IMG/VR virus record: IMGVR_UViG_3300050132_000038 | Location: 62,001 to 126,000 of that record | Reading direction: 5' to 3' (one strand) | Length of the DNA: 64,000 nucleotides | Part shown: piece after piece, positions 59,534 through 64,000 of the stretch | Numbering within the stretch: position 1 is the stretch's first letter | How the letters are laid out: the number at the start of each line of letters is the position of its first letter | Program-made: the position numbers and the translations under genes | Notes under the pieces: model-generated | What the model saw: the letters and a program-made list of their open reading frames with translations, nothing else | Told to the model about the DNA's origin: nothing | Database searches by the model: none

Positions 59534-60403
59534 ATGAAAGTCCAACGATACTTACAGATTGGTAGTGCAATGTGCCCTGCCGTAGACTCAGGTAGCTGGG
59601 TGTCAGCTTTTGACTACGATGCCTTGGCCTCAAAGCTAGAGCAGTACAAAGATCTGTGTGCAGCACTGTACCAGATGGCAGGACTTGTAGGAGCCCCGGT
59701 ACGTTTCCTAGACGCACTACACGATGCAGCCTCTGGTGAGATTTTAGTTAATCCTATTGACGCACTGCTTCCTACTACGATAGAGGAGTACACTGATCCT
59801 CGTGGTTGTGTCACAGCCTCCTATAACGAGGAAGGTTGTATCGTAGCAGTTACAAGACAAGATGAAGAAGGGAAGATCCTATCGGTCATCGCAGAGACTC
59901 ACACTGAGTGGAAGAGCGCTACACATTATACAATCCACGAGGTAGTTGTACACCCTGGCAATCTCCCCTGGATGCCTTCGCCTGACTATCCTGTAGATCC
60001 GTCACCTAATCACCCAGGTGCGCAGTTTCACATTGAAACTAACGTAGCAGACTTACAGAAGTGTCAGCGGTACTACTTAGATCCTGCTTTTAAAGAACAA
60101 GTTGAGGCACACACGCATATTGGTTCCAACTTCGATGAAGTTCTAAAGGAAGACGGGATACTGGAAGAAGTAACGGCTAAAGCTCAGGCACGAGTCGAAG
60201 CACTAAATAAAGGTTTATATCTAGGGAAGACCATATGCTACTCCGTGCCTACTGAGAAAGGAGACCGTTGGGTTCTAGGTAGCGTCCCCGGACGAGAATG
60301 GGAGTTCTTCTCCGACGCAGTGGCTTGGGGCAACGCTAACGGCTACCTAGTGGAGATGGAGAGCTCATTACCTAAGGAACATAGAGATGACGCAGCGGAT
60401 TAA
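59534..60403 (+). CDS. Mosaic hypothetical phage protein
   Basis: VQRY...GSWVSAFDYDAL N-terminus typical of Ead/Ea22-like proteins. Confidence 0.7.
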   Translation: MKVQRYLQIGSAMCPAVDSGSWVSAFDYDALASKLEQYKDLCAALYQMAGLVGAPVRFLDALHDAASGEILVNPIDALLPTTIEEYTDPRGCVTASYNEEGCIVAVTRQDEEGKILSVIAETHTEWKSATHYTIHEVVVHPGNLPWMPSPDYPVDPSPNHPGAQFHIETNVADLQKCQRYYLDPAFKEQVEAHTHIGSNFDEVLKEDGILEEVTAKAQARVEALNKGLYLGKTICYSVPTEKGDRWVLGSVPGREWEFFSDAVAWGNANGYLVEMESSLPKEHRDDAAD

Positions 60404-60611
60404 ATTTACTGAAGCAGAGATCAAGGCGTTATCAGAATCACCCACTGCCCTCAAAGCATTGGCCTACTGGCACGAGGTACAAGCAACTATCGGAGAAGCT
60501 TCGGGCTTCTCTTGCACAGCTAATGACGAGCGGAGTCAGCAGTTACTCGCTGAATCCCGACGTCTGTATAATCGCTATGATAATGGTGACGATCCAGGGT
60601 TCACCGAGTAA
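60387..60611 (+). CDS. Hypothetical protein
   Basis: Packed ORF. Confidence 0.6.
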   Translation: MTQRIKFTEAEIKALSESPTALKALAYWHEVQATIGEASGFSCTANDERSQQLLAESRRLYNRYDNGDDPGFTE

Positions 60612-60698
60612 CACGTAGTAGAGAATAGCAGCAGAGCACTAGAAGAGGATTACTATAACAACTAGCCTTACTGAGTATGCCCTTTAGAATTAATGAAC

Positions 60699-60706
60699 TA
60701 TAAATA
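60699..60706 (+). promoter_or_regulatory. TATAAATA (T4 late consensus) variant promoter
   Basis: Intergenic, 17 nt before the ATG at 60724. Confidence 0.55.
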
Positions 60707-60723
60707 ATCTACTGGAGTATCTC

Positions 60724-60936
60724 ATGGACCTTTTAGACGCACTTAGCATTATCGCCTCCTCGTATAACGCTCGCACTGCTGAAGAACAGCAGGTCTACAA
60801 TCGCGCACGAGACATAGCCGAAGCTCACGCAGAACAAGTAATGGCTCGAGAGTGCGGGAGAATGCAGCCTGTAGCTCGCACCGAATACCTAGAGGTAGAG
60901 TCGCACTACCACTACCAACCATTTCAACTACAGTAA
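60724..60936 (+). CDS. Hypothetical protein
   Basis: ORF with RBS GGAG. Confidence 0.6.
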   Translation: MDLLDALSIIASSYNARTAEEQQVYNRARDIAEAHAEQVMARECGRMQPVARTEYLEVESHYHYQPFQLQ

Positions 60937-60942
60937 GAACAG

Positions 60943-61701
60943 ATGACCCTATCATACGATTTTGAAGGTACAGGAGACTGGCCGGAATATAAAGCACTAG
61001 CTGAGACTGCGATGGCACTCGCTATAGCAGAGCAGCGTGAAGTGGTAGTAAAGTGGAATAACTGGGTAAAGCCTTATAACAACTATGGTGAAGTAGTTCC
61101 TGTCCAATACTTCAAGTTTAACCCTGGTATGCAGTCTCAGCATATACGAGGTCAATACCTAAACATACAAGTTAAAGAGGAGGCTGTATGGCCGCCTACT
61201 ACCCCACTGGTGAGTACAGGGCAGACCAAAGTGTATTGGACTAATGAAGATGTATTACGTTGGCTGGACTCTATAGTGCAGCAGATGATAGATGATGACT
61301 GGACTCCTGACTACATAGTAGGTGTAGCACGTGGTGGCCTAGTTCCAGCAGTTATGCTTTCACACTATTTCAAAGTCCCACTCCATGTCTTGAGTGTTTC
61401 GTTTCGGGATAACGCAAATCATAACCTATCGAAGCTGCCTGCAGTTGCTGAGGAGCTCTTCTGGCCGGCTGCTCTTGTTGTCGATGATATTAATGATTCA
61501 GGAAAGACCTTAAGCTACATCCAATCCAACTGGAGCACTGGCCTAGGGCTCCCCTGCCAGAATGTACACTACGCGGTACTCCTGAACAAGAAGAGTAGCA
61601 GCTTTAAAGATGTTGACTACTGTGGCCGTGTACTGAATAGTTTTCGCAGTGAGGTCCTGGATACCGACTGGCACGTCTTCCCTTGGGAGCAGTACCGATG
61701 A
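60943..61701 (+). CDS. Type I phosphoribosyltransferase (xanthine/guanine PRT-like) with N-terminal extension
   Basis: IVGVARGGLVPAVMLSH, LVVDDINDSGKTL (PRPP loop), WHVFPWE. Confidence 0.85.
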   Translation: MTLSYDFEGTGDWPEYKALAETAMALAIAEQREVVVKWNNWVKPYNNYGEVVPVQYFKFNPGMQSQHIRGQYLNIQVKEEAVWPPTTPLVSTGQTKVYWTNEDVLRWLDSIVQQMIDDDWTPDYIVGVARGGLVPAVMLSHYFKVPLHVLSVSFRDNANHNLSKLPAVAEELFWPAALVVDDINDSGKTLSYIQSNWSTGLGLPCQNVHYAVLLNKKSSSFKDVDYCGRVLNSFRSEVLDTDWHVFPWEQYR

Positions 61702-62294
61702 CTACTTGGTTTACTTCCGACCTTCACTTAGGTCACGAGCCTATTCTCGAATTCACCAACCGTAGGGCGCAGTGTCCGTTATCCGCAATGCGGCCTGCTA
61801 TTACTGAACACGATGAGTGGGTTATCGGAGAGCTTAACTACTACGTCAAGCCTACAGACGAACTGTACATCCTAGGTGACGTATCGTTTCACAAGAAGTG
61901 GCATTCAGGATCTCTCATTGAGTCGATCAACGGTAAGAAGCATCTAGTGTTAGGCAACCACGATCAACGTCTGGCTGACTTCTATCAAATGTCAGGACTG
62001 TTTGCTTCCGTTAGCATCCTCTCGGAGTTCAAGCTTAATAGGAAACGGGTTATCTGCTGTCACTACCCAATCGCCCAATGGAGTGCTGGCCACCACGGCT
62101 CTTGGATGTTGCATGGGCACACCCACGGAGACTTTGATTACGAGAAAGCCAACCTTGCAGATAAACGAATCTTGGACGTAGGCTTCGACAATGCCTATAG
62201 GGTACTGGGCACCCATCGCCCTTTCTCCTTTGAGGACATTACTATACTATTTGAAGATCGGGTATCGATCGAACACCACGGGAAGGCAGACTAA
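61698..62294 (+). CDS. Calcineurin-like metallophosphoesterase
   Basis: FTSDLHLGH, LGDVS, LGNHD, CHYP, LHGHTH, DVGFD. Confidence 0.9.
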   Translation: MTTWFTSDLHLGHEPILEFTNRRAQCPLSAMRPAITEHDEWVIGELNYYVKPTDELYILGDVSFHKKWHSGSLIESINGKKHLVLGNHDQRLADFYQMSGLFASVSILSEFKLNRKRVICCHYPIAQWSAGHHGSWMLHGHTHGDFDYEKANLADKRILDVGFDNAYRVLGTHRPFSFEDITILFEDRVSIEHHGKAD

Positions 62295-62296
62295 TC

Positions 62297-62647
62297 ATGG
62301 GTACTCTACACTACGGTATAAATCTTAGCCGTAAAGAAATCTTCTGCCTTGGTAAGTACAGTAAGTATTCCATAGTACAGCCAATGTGGGACGGGGCCAC
62401 AGATGAGGAGATTATCAAGCAGGCGATGGGAAGCGAGACTTCTGCTATTACGCGGACACACTTCACCTCCCTAGTTGCACGAATTCGGGTCTTTAATATT
62501 CACAAGGTAATTCATGAAGACGATCTGGATCTGGATGGTGCGTGCACTGAGTACGAGGACTACATCTACAAAGACTCTGTGTACGTCAACGACTCCGATA
62601 TGTTTGGCAAGACTGTTAGGCAACATAGTGATGAAAACGGGTATTAA
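62297..62647 (+). CDS. Hypothetical protein
   Basis: Packed ORF. Confidence 0.65.
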   Translation: MGTLHYGINLSRKEIFCLGKYSKYSIVQPMWDGATDEEIIKQAMGSETSAITRTHFTSLVARIRVFNIHKVIHEDDLDLDGACTEYEDYIYKDSVYVNDSDMFGKTVRQHSDENGY

Positions 62648-62669
62648 GATCACTACATAGGAGGGTAGT

Positions 62670-62942
62670 ATGAACCACCAGATACTAATAGACTTTGCAG
62701 TTGTAGTGGCCGGAACCTGCTTATACATAGTGGTCACCCGGCTGTTCTCTATGAACAGCACTACCAGCAAGGTCAACTTATACAACCGAGGTTACGTCCA
62801 CGCCGCGTCAACACTACTCCGGAACGAGAGTACCCCAGACTCCCTGCTAGAGCTTGCACATAATCCCTTCCACCAAAATGAATTCGACGAAGGTATAAAA
62901 CAAGCAGTGCATGACTTTATACACTATAGGGATATCTCATGA
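62670..62942 (+). CDS. Membrane-anchored hypothetical protein
   Basis: N-terminal TM. Confidence 0.65.
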   Translation: MNHQILIDFAVVVAGTCLYIVVTRLFSMNSTTSKVNLYNRGYVHAASTLLRNESTPDSLLELAHNPFHQNEFDEGIKQAVHDFIHYRDIS

Positions 62943-63433
62943 CTGATCTTGAATTCAATCAAGATGGTTGCCCTCTGCTACCCGACACCGTCGCCGAGAT
63001 ACAGCGTAGAATTACCGAAGCGCTTGCTGTCCCTAACATCATGCTAGAGCCTTCCCACGGACCACTAACTGAATGGCTGATGGAAGTTTCTGAGCACTAC
63101 CTGGAGTCTATGAAGAACCAGAAGTCTATTGAGGACTTCTCAGTTAATGTGGGTACCCCTTACGTCGTCTACAAGTTTCGGATCACCAAGAAGGGTTATG
63201 TGATTGAGCACCGCCGGGATACCATAACGGGAGCTCTATCTGAACACCGTGCGGATTACTGGGCTTTGAAAGGCCGCCAAGGGCCGCATAAGAGTCGTAG
63301 GCTTCTACGTAGGCTTGCACGTCATACACTCGGTGAGTACGCACCTGTGGATATGTTTTTCACACCTGTAAAGCCTGCTGAGTATATTACCTTAAACCTA
63401 ACCATTGATAAAGACGGAGCAACGTATGAGTGA
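62939..63433 (+). CDS. Small protein resembling the tail-sheath C-terminal domain
   Basis: YLESMKNQKSIEDFSV...VDMFFTPVKPAEYITLNLTIDKDGATYE. Confidence 0.6.
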   Translation: MTDLEFNQDGCPLLPDTVAEIQRRITEALAVPNIMLEPSHGPLTEWLMEVSEHYLESMKNQKSIEDFSVNVGTPYVVYKFRITKKGYVIEHRRDTITGALSEHRADYWALKGRQGPHKSRRLLRRLARHTLGEYAPVDMFFTPVKPAEYITLNLTIDKDGATYE

Positions 63434-63713
63434 CGACGCTGGCCTAGCAAAGATTAACCTCCTGGGCGCCTTACCCTACTTTCGGCACGCTGTTTCCGAA
63501 GCGAAGAAGCTCGGTCCGGCGCAGCTAGGTATAATCGCTGTACTACCTGATGGTTCTAAGAAGCTTGAAATCAGTTTCGACTGCGAGGAGTTCTTTAAGG
63601 ACCTCGCAATTGTTTTAGGTGCCGGCCCACAGACTGAGGAAGAAACAGTCAAAGCCGACGCCCTAAAGTTCGTACAAATCCACAACATTACATCCGGAGA
63701 AGCACATGAGTAA
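63426..63713 (+). CDS. Hypothetical protein
   Basis: Start MSDDAG. Confidence 0.65.
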   Translation: MSDDAGLAKINLLGALPYFRHAVSEAKKLGPAQLGIIAVLPDGSKKLEISFDCEEFFKDLAIVLGAGPQTEEETVKADALKFVQIHNITSGEAHE

Positions 63714-64000
63714 CGCAAGTAACTTGACCGCAATGATCGACAAGCTGGTAACGGAAAAGACCTTCACGATGGATGCTCTCCAGGCAATCCAGGAGCTGAA
63801 GGTTAAGGCAGAGCACCTTGAAGACTCCAATCTAAAGTTGGAAGCTCAACTCAAGGATTCCAAGGCAGAACGTAGCACCCTCAGTAACCAACTCGCGATG
63901 GCTAATGGTCTAGTAATAGACTGGAAGACCCGTGAGCAAGAATTGGTTAAGCGTGAACTGAAGGTCACTGAGCACGAGAAGACTGCAGCTGTTGCTAACG
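63706..64000 (+). CDS. Coiled-coil protein, truncated by the window end
   Basis: MSNASNLTAMIDKLVTEKTFTMDAL... open to the end of the window. Confidence 0.7.
   Translation, partial: MSNASNLTAMIDKLVTEKTFTMDALQAIQELKVKAEHLEDSNLKLEAQLKDSKAERSTLSNQLAMANGLVIDWKTREQELVKRELKVTEHEKTAAVAN

Noticed and set aside
1-64000. Alternative genetic code (stop-codon reassignment)
   Set aside because: Long conserved genes (gyrA, gyrB, rtcB) are uninterrupted in the standard code and TAG, TGA and TAA all end genes at tight junctions
1-64000. Additional tRNA, rRNA, integrase or CRISPR-cas features
   Set aside because: None seen by eye; a tRNAscan/Infernal run would be needed to exclude atypical RNAs

Overview
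This window looks like part of a large lytic dsDNA (jumbo-type) phage genome. It has about 130 tightly packed ORFs, mostly small hypotheticals, and no host housekeeping operons. Genes run on the - strand from 1 to 52.9 kb, except for a + strand island of nine genes at 30.1-33.6 kb. They switch to the + strand at an AT-rich, repeat-containing divergence point (52.9-53.2 kb). Recognisable genes: tRNA-Gln(UUG), RtcB RNA ligase, a bacterial-type topoisomerase II pair (GyrB-like with a class 3 mini-intein; GyrA-like lacking the CTD), histone-like and acidic proteins, two J-domain proteins, a catalytically degenerate RAYT-like protein, a Tad1-type anti-defence sponge, an acyl carrier protein, a 2OG-Fe(II) dioxygenase-like protein, two SbcD/Mre11-like nucleases, HNH endonucleases, a Rep_trans/gene II-X-like initiator, a phosphoribosyltransferase and a metallophosphoesterase. 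Two promoter classes are visible: sigma70-like promoters, and at least 21 strand-biased copies of TGTAAATA, which resembles the T4 late promoter. The strongest candidates for undescribed systems are (1) an operon of three signal-peptide proteins at 10-2175 that may be an amyloid/fibre export module, (2) the + strand island of low-complexity and paralogous proteins sharing short terminal motifs, and (3) a rolling-circle-type Rep gene beside an iteron-like region. A Burkholderiales host is an inference from recalled family resemblance only. All family calls come from motif recognition by eye; no database search was run, and some start codons are my own choice.
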